In this document: piece by piece, positions 11,660-22,751 of the stretch
Layout: every line of letters begins with the position of its first letter
How positions within the stretch are numbered: position 1 is the first letter of the stretch
NCBI RefSeq assembly: GCF_001194135.2
Contig: NC_068988.1
Coordinates: 78,397,618-78,442,554, forward strand
Source of the DNA: Octopus bimaculoides
Lineage: Eukaryota
DNA length: 44,937 nt
Reading direction: 5' to 3'
Notes under the pieces: generated by a model
Seen by the model: only the letters and a program-made list of their open reading frames with translations
Told to the model about the DNA's origin: nothing
Database searches by the model: none
Position numbers and translations under genes: made by a program

Positions 11660-12352
11660 ACACACACACATACATACATACATACATACATACATACATA
11701 CATACATACATACATACATACATACATGCATGCATGCATACATACATACATACAAACATACATACATACATACATACATACAAACATACATACATACAAA
11801 CATACATACATACATACATACTTACATACATACAAACATACATACATACATACATACGTACATACATACATACATACATACATACATGCATGCATACATA
11901 CATACATACATACATACATACATACGTACATACATACATACATACATGCATGCATACATACATACATACATACATACATACATGCATGCATGCATGCNNN
12001 NNNNNNNNNNNNNNNNNNNNNNNNNNNNNNNNNNNNNNNNNATGCATACATACATACATACATACATACATACATGCATGCATACATACATACATACATA
12101 CATACATACGTACATACATACATACATGCATGCATGCATACATACATACATACATACATACATACATACATACATGCATGCATACATACATACATACATA
12201 CATACATACATGCATGCATACATACATACATACATACATACATACATACATACATGCATACATACATACATACACACATACATACATACATACATGCATG
12301 CATGCATGCATACATACATACATACATGCATACATACATACATGCATACATA
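11660..12352. repeat. Long (CATA)n array with CATG/CGTA/CAAA variant units and an internal gap
   Basis: Direct reading; source of the spurious HTYI/MYVC ORFs. Confidence 0.97.
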
Positions 12353-13099
12353 TATAACTCGAAGCGACAAGTCGCGTATTTGACGTGGTAGACTATCGAA
12401 AATACGATTAATACTATCTCCAACTTTAGAGCCACAACTATCAGCCTTGTTAAATAACTGTTTAATCATCAGATGAATTGACTGAGGGAGCCTTTTATTT
12501 ACGATCATTGTGATTTTCGACTGAAACTTAAATTTAGCATGCAGAGAGTAACTACAAACAACATGGCTGGACACAACATCAACAACAACACAATCGAGGA
12601 ACAGAACGAAAACAACAGCTTAACAGGTAAACAAATTCTTACTAGCTGTAGTTATAGAAGAAACCTTGACTACAAAACTCATTTATCTTAGAGTTATGAA
12701 TTGAATTATGATCTATTTAACTGCTTCGAAAAAGCGAAACAAAACCCCGCTGTTGGCTGTATGAGTTGATTGAAATTAAATTGGGACGATCTGCATTCAG
12801 AATTAAATCATTTTACTGCGAAGCAACTATGCCAACAAGAACATTTGTAGAACATAAAAAGATTAGTAACAGTAAGTTTTCTAAAAAATCAAAAATCAAC
12901 CTTCTTCCCAACACTATAAACAAAACGGAAACGTGAATGATATAAGACCACCACGTAGTTTCGCAGCTAGTGACATTCCAGCATATTTCATAGTGCCTAA
13001 CAACCAAACTACATTACTGGCTCAAGTAACTGACCACTGTCTCCTACTACGACTATGGTAAATAGCAGGCACAACCGCAACGATTATTGTAGTAGTACC

Positions 13100-13153
<54 letters not shown>
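13100..13153. repeat. (AGT)n microsatellite
   Basis: Direct reading. Confidence 0.95.
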
Positions 13154-13169
13154 CAGGATTATATGCCAG

Positions 13170-13475
13170 TGAAATATACTGAAATTTTCCGAGAAAAAAT
13201 AACTTTGGATTTGAAGTACTCTCTCGGGTTAGGGTTAGAATATTCGGGGAGAATATTCGGATCTATTGAATTTGACGGACCGATTCTTTAATTATTATTA
13301 TTTTTTTTAACTAAACACTTTGAAACTTCGTATTTGTATTTTAGTAGTCATTTCGTGTTAAAGTTATCGTATTTGGGTAATTTTAACCAATCAATGACGT
13401 GTATTCAGCTGAAAAAAATTACTGCTGCTGTTTGCGAACAACTTCCGGGTCCATTAAGAAAACGATACTTTGGGG
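13170..13475 (+). mobile_element. Unclassified interspersed repeat; homologous to 15064-15290 in opposite orientation
   Basis: Shared ttaactaaacactttgaaacttcg...cgtatttgggtaattttaaccaatcaatgacgtgtattcagctgaa...caacttccgggtccatt; carries gggttagggttag near its 5' part. Confidence 0.75.
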
Positions 13476-13666
13476 ATACTTTGGCTGCTATTTTTAGCGT
13501 GTCGAGCAACCAGGTAGAGGTTCGATTGCGTAATGAGATTTTTTTTATACATATATGTATATATATCATCGGCAAAAGTTAGAGAGTAAGTCAAAAGCTG
13601 AGAGTTTCGTGTATTGGCACTTATCAAAGAAGAATTTGGCCGTTGTCACTCTGTAACTTCTGCATC

Positions 13667-13927
13667 ACGGGTATATGGCGTAGTGGTTATGACCGCGGGC
13701 TACTAACCCCAAGATTCCGAGTTCGATTCCAGGCAGTGACCTGAATAATAATAATAATAATAATAATATAATAACAACAACAACAACATCGAAAAATGCC
13801 TTAGGAATGAGAACCCATTCGAAATTTCTCCAAGAGACCTGATGAAGGCTGGAAAGTATATCAGCCGAAACGTTGTGTTAACAAGAAACAAAATGAGGAC
13901 AAATATCCGTCAAATGTAAATAATATA
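13667..13927 (+). mobile_element. tRNA-like head + (AAT)n + hammerhead cassette (family H1), PLE terminal-repeat derived; cut at 3' end by a SINE
   Basis: A box tggcgtagtgg 13676-13686, B box gttcgattcc 13721-13730, (AAT/AAC)n 13744-13790, HHR 13834-13879. Collinear with 23960-24234 on the minus strand. Confidence 0.85.
13834..13879 (+). ncRNA. Minimal hammerhead ribozyme motif, intact core
   Basis: GAGAC-CUGAUGA-A-GGCUG gaaaguauau CAGCC-GAA-ACGU-U-GUGUU: canonical core, 5-bp stem II, palindromic stem III, stem I with one G.G mismatch; predicted cleavage after 13874. Confidence 0.8.
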
Positions 13928-14851
13928 GGCGCAGGAGTGGCTGTGTGGTAAGTTTGTTCGTCTCCTCTTTGCAATGCCTGTATGGCAAATATTTATGAAA
14001 TAAAGTAGCTTGCTTACCAACCACATGGTTCCAGGTTCAGTCCCACTGCGTGGCACCTTGGGCAAGTGTCTTCTACTATAAGCCTCGGGCCGACCAAAGC
14101 CTTGTGAGTGGACTTGGTAGACGGAAACTGAAAGAAGCCCGTTGTATATATACCATAGATCGCAAACCACTACACACATTTTCTTCTCTGCTTGTTTCTC
14201 TCCTTGTTTCTTTCTGTGTTCCTTTCTGTAGAAGAGCGTAGGCTCGAAACGGTAAACACTTTTTCAATTCCCGAGCGTTATACTAACACATCTGTTTGTT
14301 TTCTACACCACCTGACTTCGTCTTCTGTCTTTTTTGTGTGAATTCTCCTTATATATATGTGTGGGGGGGGGGGGNNNNNNNNNNNNNNNNNNNNNNNNNN
14401 NNNNNNNNNNNNNNNNNNNNNNNNNNNNNNNNNNNNNNNNNNNNNNNNNNNNNNNNNNNNNNNNNNNNNNNNNNNNNNNNNNNNNNNNNNNNNNNNNNNN
14501 NNNNNNNNNNNNNNNNNNNNNNNNNNNNNNNNNNNNNNNNNNNNNNNNNNNNNNNNNNNNNNNNNNNNNNNNNNNNNNNNNNNNNNNNNNNNNNNNNNNN
14601 NNNNNNNNNNNNNNNNNNNNNNNNNNNNNNNNNNNNNNNNNNNNNNNNNNNNNNNNNNNNNNNNNNNNNNNNNNNNNNNNNNNNNNNNNNNNNNNNNNNN
14701 NNNNNNNNNNNNNNNNNNNNNNNNNNNNNNNNNNNNNNNNNNNNNNNNNNNNNNNNNNNNNNNNNNNNNNNNNNNNNNNNNNNTTGACAACCGATGCTGG
14801 TGTGTTTATGTCCCCGTAACGTAGCGGTTCGGCAAAACTGACCGATAGAAT

Positions 14852-14860
<9 letters not shown>
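13928..14860 (+). mobile_element. tRNA-derived CORE-like octopus SINE (OR-type): head 13928-14150, tail 14784-14860, with nested insertions and a gap in the middle
   Basis: ggcgcaggagtggctgtgtggtaag...ggttcagtccc...gcaccttgggcaagtgtctt (CORE-like block); tail ttgacaaccgatgctggtgtgtttatgtccccgtaacgtagcggttcggcaaaa. Confidence 0.85.
14153..14349 (+). mobile_element. HHR-bearing short element (family H2 relative) inserted in the SINE's internal (TA)n
   Basis: cctttCTGTAGAagagcgtaggctcGAAAcggtaaac (14221-14257) and downstream cccgagcgttatactaa...acaccacctg match the 11040 and 42671 elements; stem III is mutated in this copy. Confidence 0.75.
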
Positions 14861-14913
<53 letters not shown>

Positions 14914-15063
14914 GATAGATAGATAGATATATAGATAGATAGATATATAGATAGATAGATGGACACATTCTCATATATATTGCTATAAAAACATCTCTGG
15001 ATATTAAAAAAGGGTTTTGTTGGGGAGATTTTCAATTAAAATTTTTCTGTTGTCGAAGATTCA

Positions 15064-15290
15064 TCGTTTTGTCAATGGACCCGGAAGTTGCTGTTCGCAA
15101 ATAGCAGTAGTAATTTTCTTCAGCTGAATACACGTCATTGATTGGTTAAAATTACCCAAATACGACAACTGTAACACGAAATAACTTCTAAAACACTGAA
15201 TTTTGTCAAAAACGTTAAGAGTAAACCCTGTTCTACATGACACATTCTGCCAGTATCCGAAGTTTCAAAGTGTTTAGTTAAAAAAAACTC
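15064..15290 (-). mobile_element. Unclassified interspersed repeat, inverted homologue of 13300-13475
   Basis: Reverse complement aligns by eye; this copy has a longer internal segment. Confidence 0.75.
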
Positions 15291-15309
15291 TGTAAACGAA
15301 ATTGGTGAT

Positions 15310-15995
15310 GAGTATTGACAACGGTGTGATGAACCTGCATACTGGCAGATTAACGCCTGTCTATATGCTCTGGCTACTACTGTAAAACAGTACATGAATG
15401 ATATTCAAAAAGTAAACAAAACCGAAATAACAAGGAAAGTACCATCATGGATTTTGAAAATAGAAAAAGATAACTGGTTTAAGGAAGACCATCATATAAT
15501 GATGGTTATTGCATGCAAACAAGCAAATCACTATACGTCCCACCAACAGAAAGTAAAAAAGGAGATAGAAGTGATGTTTGGAGACAGCAAAAAGAAGACA
15601 TTCACTTGAAAGCTGATTACCCTCAACTAGGAGCTAAAAGCTGTCAGTGAAAAACTCGGACATCAGAAGAGAATAATTAAGAGAGAAACAATAAACAAAA
15701 AACAACAACCAGGCAGCCAAATACAGAGACATGAGAGGAGGAGCAATAAACAGCATGGAAGCTCCTTCCCGAGAAGACATAGATTCCTTCTGGAGGAAAA
15801 TCTGGAGTGAAGAGAAGGAATTTAACCAAGATGCTCTGTGGCTGGAAGAAATCCGAAAAAATTATTGCTCCTGCGTTACATCCAAGACATTTAACATTGA
15901 TGGTGAAACTCCTGCAACTATGATCCAGAAACTTCAGGATGGAAAAGCACCTGGAAGAGACTTGATTGTTGGATATTAGTACAAGTAAATTATCA
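15310..15995 (+). mobile_element. R4/Dong-like (RLE-clade) non-LTR retrotransposon relic, pre-RT region
   Basis: YWQINACLYALATTV, KVPSWILKIEK, APSREDIDSFWRKIWSEEKEFNQDALWLEEI, KAPGRDLIVGY; frameshifts and stops. Confidence 0.8.
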
Positions 15996-17154
15996 TGAAC
16001 GTGAGTGTAGACAGACCACCAATCAGCATTGGTTTCCTTCGGCGTTCTCTCTGGACTATCCCTAGCCACGTACTTTCAAAGTAAACAAGAGAATCACTTA
16101 ATATTTCATCAGTTTCGGTATCTAAGGAATTCGCGAATTCGTAAAATAATTCATGAACATCTGTGAGTGGGACAAAGACAAGTGCTTGTAACTACTTGAT
16201 GAAAAGGGCGTTACTGGTTTCAACATACCAGTGTTGCAGCCCACAAACTTCAGTTCAATATAGATGGCTCTAGCAATATAACAATATAACTAATGATTTG
16301 TCTCTAATTACACAGAACTTAACCGCACATAAATAACATAAACTTATTAATGCTAAGAACTAAGGCTTGCTACTCATGTTTAAATAATATCTCCTCCAGT
16401 ATTACATGTTAGAACAAGAAAAACGTGCATCTTTGCTGACTTCACTTCATGCGCAATCTTTTATGTGCCGAAAGGCTTCCATCTGTCTCTTAAAGGGTGG
16501 GCTATGGAGTTATTTTCATATCATCTGATGGTATCGGAAGAAACTACATGGGCCTAATATCTCATGATTTTAAAGGAATATTCACATAACATATCACTCC
16601 TTCAGGGAAACTCCACTTCTCTGTCCATTTCATTTGGAAACCTCTGGATGAAAGAAATAACTTCCCTAACATCATGTAGAATATCACAGAGAGAGATCCT
16701 TTTTACTCGTTTGAAGCTCGTAATTGTCATCTCTACTCTCGTGAGAAACTGCATATACCACAACAGGCTGCAGTATCCATCAACAGAAAGATTGATTTTT
16801 CGTAATGTTGAACCAAATTTCAATGCACCCCGAAAAGATCACCAGAACTCAAGTTCGCTCATATGCAGATGCAGGGTAAACTACTACTTGTCCATAGCGC
16901 AATAATACAATCTGACATTTGCTAGTGTAGCCTACCAATGCTAATACGCAGCTACAAAGACAACGATCGCAGACACACACAACTCACCAACACCACGCAG
17001 TAACCTGATCCAGCAGGCACGTGAGGTTATTTCATGTTATGATATTTAAACTGTCACAATCAAACCGGTCACTTCGCTGCATGGAACAGTCTCTTTACCT
17101 GACATCGCTAAGCTATCACTTCCTACAGGTTGCTGACAAGCTGACGCCGCTATA

Positions 17155-17161
17155 CACACAC

Positions 17162-17228
<67 letters not shown>

Positions 17229-17628
17229 TACATACATACATTACACACACACACACACACACATACATACCTACATACCTACCTACCTACCTACATACAT
17301 ACATACCTACAAACATACATACATACATACATTACGCGCACACACGCATACCACACACGCACACACACACATACATACACATATATGTATACATGTATTT
17401 ACATGTATGTTTGTATAAATCTGTGCCATTGTATTTGTCTTCCTCCATTGCTTACCAACTGGTGTTGCTTTGTTTATGTCCCCGTAACCTAGCGATTCGG
17501 CAAAAGAATAAATACCAGCTTCTTTTTTTTTTTATAAATAAATAATCATTGAGGCCTATTCGTCTGCCTAGAACCCCTTCAGAGGCGGTGCCCAGCTTAG
17601 CCGCAGTCAAATGACTGAAATAAGTAAG
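17155..17628 (+). repeat. (CA)n/(TACA)n array followed by the 3' tail of an OR-type SINE
   Basis: Tail gtttatgtccccgtaacctagcgattcggcaaaaga matches 14805-14840. Confidence 0.75.
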
Positions 17629-17851
17629 GTGTGGATTCAGAGAATCGTAAAGCTGTCTCAGTAAGCTCTTCTTGCAGACTCGGCTATTAGTCCACATAGT
17701 ATTCAATTACAAAGGAGTGTAAAATAGAGTGTCTATGTAACTGAACATCCAGATGATCCGATCGGTGAAATTATTTCCCAAGGAGTATATAAAATTATAA
17801 ATGGGTTTGTGCTTGTATATAAAATCATATATGGGTGTGCGTTACATATTT

Positions 17852-17992
17852 TTTCTGGTATTGGCACAAAGCTTGAAGTTTTGTGGGGAGGAGGTTAGTA
17901 GATTAAATCGACCTCCAGTGTTCGTAAAGCCGGAAAAAATGCCGCTAAGCATTTTTTTCCGGCTTTACGATTCTGCCAGTTCGCCGCCTTTA
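17852..17992 (-). mobile_element. Internally deleted tRNA-derived SINE (family of 29723-29941) with fold-back rearrangements
   Basis: gattaaatcgacc...ccagt joined directly to cgtaaag...gctaagcatt...gattctgccagttcgccgcct. Confidence 0.75.
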
Positions 17993-18031
17993 ATATACGA
18001 GTATATTAAAGGCGGCGAGCAGGCAGAATCA

Positions 18032-18120
18032 TATGTATGTATGTATGTATTATGTATGTATGTATGTATGTATGTATGTATGTATGTATGTATATATGTA
18101 TGTATGTATGCACGTACGTA

Positions 18121-18196
<76 letters not shown>

Positions 18197-18197
18197 T
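18032..18197. repeat. (TATG)n + (CA)n microsatellite
   Basis: Direct reading. Confidence 0.95.
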
Positions 18198-18937
18198 ACA
18201 AATTTACTTAAAGCTGAAACCCCACAAACTACGAATATCTCCGAGTAACACGTTTTACCGCTTCTCACCAATGAAAGAAGTAAATCAACTTATCTTATAT
18301 TTGTATTCGAAATAAAATTACAATTATAAAAGATTAAATATAAGCAGTAAAAAGAAGGCATCACGTTGTACAAAACATTTTAAAGCTTAATCCTAAGTTG
18401 GTCATGAAAGAGTCTATGATTTTCGAAATCGATGGTCTGTTATGTGAAAATATCTTCTGTTGATTATCCAGTTTCTAAAAGGTGCGAGTTGTTTTAAGAT
18501 AACATTCAGTCAACATAAACATTCTTTAAGATCGTTAGACAGTTTATATTGGTTTTAAGCAATAATAATATCAGAGACGATAAAATCAGTTGAAAGATAT
18601 TGGAGAACCCATATAAGCAGGGTAATTACCGCTGTGATCTAAGCCTTCTTTAAAAGTTAATATTTTGTAAATATCTTAAACACTCAAACCAATGTAATTT
18701 TGCTGCCATAAATATGTTAGTTGAAATAGTTGAAATGCCTTACGTTTGAACGCACCACATAAATATAAAAAATACATTTTGCTAACATGCTCATTCCATT
18801 TAGACTTTTTATCGTGACAAATCGCAATTTTCCGTTGATACTCTTTCAAAATATTTTGCACATTAAGTTCGAGCGGCCTTAGATTTTGTGACACAGGTTT
18901 TTATTGTCTTCGTGAACATTCACCAGTATTTCATATA

Positions 18938-19107
18938 CGAGGGGATGCTGAAGAGTTCCTGGATTTAAGGATATCTCGAAGGGCCAGCCTGGAGGCCCAA
19001 TCTTCTGTGTTCTTTTATAGGGCTTAGAAAAACTGAAGGACCCCTGCAGTAAGTGTGTGAATCTGAGAGGAGAATATGCTGAATAAAATCTTAACCAAAG
19101 CCAGGAA
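18938..19107 (+). mobile_element. Mariner deletion derivative (MITE-like); right TIR truncated
   Basis: TA|cgaggggatgctgaagagttcctggattt left TIR; encodes the mariner C-terminus GLEKLKDPCSKCVNLRGEYAE*; only the inner part aaagccaggaa of the right TIR remains. Confidence 0.8.
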
Positions 19108-19280
19108 TGGCTTTGGTTACAAGATGTCCCAGAATATACTATTTCTGTGATATCAGACAATCTTTTAAAAAGCTTTCTTTTATTTATGTTTATCATGTTC
19201 AATATGTGTTAAAAGAATATAAATTTTTTATTTTGTTTATAATTTTATATAATTTCTATTATTTTTATTTATAATTTTAT

Positions 19281-20047
19281 TTTTGTTAAGGTTATTTCTA
19301 CAGATATTCTATAGAAATTACAACCAGCCCTGATTTGTGCTACAACGTTTCGTATCGAGACGCCAAATGCAAATAAGCAAAGAGATCGGAGACAAAAGTG
19401 GGTAATGAGTGTATATGCCATATTTCGGGGTTGTTGTCTGTTCATCAGCACCCATCTAACCTATCCTTGCCTCCGAGCACCTTGCTTATATAGCCACCGC
19501 ATACAGCGGTGGATATACCAATTTACATATTAGACGCATTCCTGGAGCTGATATGTAAAAATTAATGATTTGTAGGTATATGGTACTTCGTTATGCAAAC
19601 ATCGATGTCATTCTTTCTTTATATCTGACGTCTCGATACCAGACGTTGTGGCAAAGATCAGTACTGGCCAGGGTCGGCTCAAGGTACCGGCAATTCGGGT
19701 AGTCGCCTGGAGGTGCGATGTGCTAGGGGGCGCCAAGGAGGGCGTGACAAAGACAAAGAAATTTCCACAACCGTCAGCTTGTACAAGCCGAAGTTCAGCT
19801 TGTCCGTACACCAGCAAACTTAGGCCTGGCACTGGCTATAATTTCTGTAGAATATCTGCAGAAATAACCTTAACAAAATGATGTAAGAAGCACTGCTGAT
19901 GCAGTAGAACGTGGTACTGACGTATAAAAGACATTTAGTATACTTTATAGTATATTATGTGTGCATAACGAGGTACCACGTACCTACAAATCATAAATGT
20001 TTACATACCAGCTCCAGGAATGCGTCTAATATGTAAATTGATATATC
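19281..20047. mobile_element. Unclassified repeat present as a permuted minus copy (19281-19600) head-to-head with a plus copy (19618-20047); third copy at 21541-21890
   Basis: 19512-19597 is the reverse complement of 19961-20047; 19281-19385 is the reverse complement of 19620-19660 plus 19830-19878. Confidence 0.8.
19669..19828. mobile_element. 160-bp hAT-type MITE insertion
   Basis: Absent from the two sister copies; starts cagggtcggc and ends ...ggcctg; 8-bp TSD gtactggc / gcactggc. Confidence 0.6.
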
Positions 20048-20425
20048 TGTGGCATGTCTTTACTAATTTTGGTTTAAAACATCCATTTTTGGATCTCAGA
20101 TAGGCTCAAACAACACTGTTGGCTTACAGCTCTATTCAATCTGTGATTGGCTGAATAAACAAGCTCCCTCAAACAGGCGTTCTCTGCTACGTCCGATTGT
20201 CCTTTATATTATGTAGCCGCCGCCACGTTCAATCGAGTTTCTTGTTTCACTTTTAACAGACTCCTGGCATGCAGTTTTGCTCTATCGCGTCAAAGTTGGC
20301 CTCTCTCCTTCTTCCACGTGTGCTAGCAGTATAGACCAAACTCAATGCCGTTATCTCATGCTAACTATAAACACATCTGTAACGATAATATTTTAATTTG
20401 TGTAGTGATACCTGTTATGGTGCAG

Positions 20426-20640
20426 CGTCGTGATCGCCAGTTTGTAACGATAAAGTGTTTAGTTGTTATAACGACATGCTGCAGGATGGAGTTTTAAGAA
20501 AGTATTTATTTACCGTAACATTACAATGCCTTGCCTCGACGGGCAGGTTATAATATCCGAGAGCATGCGAAAGAAAGTTCGTGTTTGTGTCCTCTTCATT
20601 GTTTAGTAGTAATTACAGAGAGAGATGGAATGATGTTGTA
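20426..20640 (-). mobile_element. Possible LTR 3' end plus primer-binding site of an LTR retrotransposon
   Basis: Minus strand: aataaa (20505-20510) ...atcgttaca (LTR-like CA end at 20443), then aac-tggcgatcacgacg (PBS-like). No partner LTR or TSD found. Confidence 0.35.
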
Positions 20641-21540
20641 GGGTGTGAGACGTTGTCTCACAGTTGCTGACAGTAAACTTCATTTCTCCCTCTGGCCAAG
20701 GTTCTAGCTGGTCAGCCAGACTTCGTTCTCACTGAGCCGTCATCATGTGACTGGACTCGATGAGTCGTCACCGACTGGTGACTAACTTATTTTTGCTTGG
20801 GGGTTCTTGCGTTTATAACTATCCAGAAGGATAGACATATCATTGAGAACAATAGATTCAGTTGGTGGTCTTGTTATCTCTATTCTAGCTTTTGGTGAAG
20901 TAGAAGAGGTTAGAAGGGTCAAGTGGTGAAGACATTATTTCGGCCTAGCTAGAGGCATCTGGAAAATGTAAAACTGCTGTAACAGAAAAACCATTGTTCC
21001 ACCATGGGAAAAGTTCTGTTGCAGTGTTAATTTAAATTTGGCTATAGTGGATCGAATCCACTTCATGCATGCAAGATCCGCTACACTTCTATCAAGTCTC
21101 TTTCTATATATACAAGGCACAACTAATGTTTTCACGTATTCATTTATTTACTGCTAACACACAAGAGATATCCCTATTAAACACTACGCATCTCTACAGA
21201 GAACTCTATGCAAGATAATTCACGTGTAACCCACACTGGTGTGAATAAAACTTTATAATCTTAAAGCGTGTTGTTATTGCATATCACAACACAGCTAACG
21301 AACACACGAACACAGTTGGCGATGTTTGTCTGATACACACTACTATCAACAACTACCGTCGCCGACAACGTCATTTCCAACCAACAACCATGGAGTCAAC
21401 CCGACGTGAGAACAACTTTGTCGAACTAATAATCAATGAACAACGTTAAGGTTGTGGTATAAACAAACCGCGACAATGGTGACCCCAGAACCTCTTCATA
21501 CAGCAGATCCTTCCTTGCTAAATATCCAATAACATAACAC

Positions 21541-21890
21541 CTCCGTATGCAGTGACCATATAAGCAATGCGCTCGGAGGCAAGAATAGGTTAGGTGGGTG
21601 CTGATGAACGGGCAACAATCCCCAGATATGGCATATACACTCATTAGCCATTTTTGTTTACGATCTCATTGTTTGTTTACATCTGACGTCTCGATACGAA
21701 AAGTAGCAAAATTCGGTGTTGGCTATAATTTCTATAGAATATCTGTAGAAATAACCTTAACAAAAGAATGTAAGAAGCATTACTGACGCAGTAGAATGTG
21801 ATACTGACTCATAGAAAAAGCATTTAGTATACTTTATAGTATATTTTGTTTGCCTAACGCGGTACCACGTACCTATAAATCATTAATTTT
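21541..21890 (+). mobile_element. Third copy of the 19281-20047 repeat family
   Basis: Shared ctcggaggcaag, tgctgatgaac, catatacactcatta, tctgacgtctcgatac, tagaatatctgtagaaataaccttaacaaaa, tagtatactttatagtata. Confidence 0.85.
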
Positions 21891-22648
21891 ATTTTTATTC
21901 CTTTTGGATCTCGCTTATGTATCCACGATAGGCTTTTTTCAGTTTGTCAGCGATTATTTTCTCTGCTTCCATCCCAAGGATGGAGCAATAATAGTTCAGG
22001 TGAACTAGAAGTGCGCAGGAAATAATTTCTCAAATACTTCAAAATGTGTTTCGCAATGCTAAAGACAGAAGTGAAATCTGCAGGGATACAGACGGAGCAC
22101 ATGCTGAAAATTTTCAATAAAGTTTTGACGCAAGACTTATAAATTTAGTTGTTTTGGCATCATCCTTTGATTCATTTCTTCCATTCATTGAGAATTTATA
22201 CGATGTGAAACTCCGAGTTTCACTTTGTGAGGTTTCAAATTTAAATAAATTTTACGCGTATTGCTTTACTTCATTGCTTCAAAATCTTCTTCCTCCGGCT
22301 TTTAACTTAGATAGAAGAAGCACGCCTATTAGGTTACTGAATTCTTTTCAGCCATACGCACCCATACTTACATCAGAGATAATTTAATAGACCCCCACCC
22401 CCGCACCGATGAATTTTGACTATAGTTCATGATTCCTTTCTTTGCATGCTTATTTTATTTCCATTTCTTGATTATGTTGGCTATAAATTTTATACAATTT
22501 AAGGCGTTAATTAATAACGGTTTAGTTATAGACAGGTAATGTTCTTTAATGTTAAGTTGTGGAAACTATATTCCGATTAATGTTGGATGGATTTGAACCA
22601 AATATTTTTCAAAACTGATAATGGTGTTATCTCTTTTAATTTCGAGAT

Positions 22649-22751
22649 AATTCTATGTTAAACATTTCAAGTATAACACTTATATCAATCTTCGACTGCA
22701 AATTCTATGTTAAACATTTCAAGTATAACACTTATACCAATCTTCGACTGC
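22649..22751. repeat. Two-copy tandem duplication, period 52 bp, one internal mismatch
   Basis: aattctatgttaaacatttcaagtataacacttata(t/c)caatcttcgactgc at 22649 and 22701. Confidence 0.95.

Noticed and set aside
11600-12574. Long ORFs of 220-270 aa (HTYI/MYVC repeats), and similar ORFs at 17021, 17801, 25383, 27730, 32985, 38779, 42834 and others
   Set aside because: Translations of microsatellites and N gaps, which contain no stop codons; no coding signal.
13227-13239. gggttagggttag, a possible interstitial telomere
   Set aside because: Only two hexamers, inside an interspersed repeat.
13667-13745. Possible tRNA gene (also 24156-24234, 24740-24795, 36812-36890)
   Set aside because: A and B boxes are present but acceptor and T stems do not pair, and the units are embedded in repeated elements; tRNA-derived heads, not tRNA genes.
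16500-16910. 113-aa and 73-aa overlapping ORFs
   Set aside because: No recognisable motif or splice pattern; length is within chance expectation.
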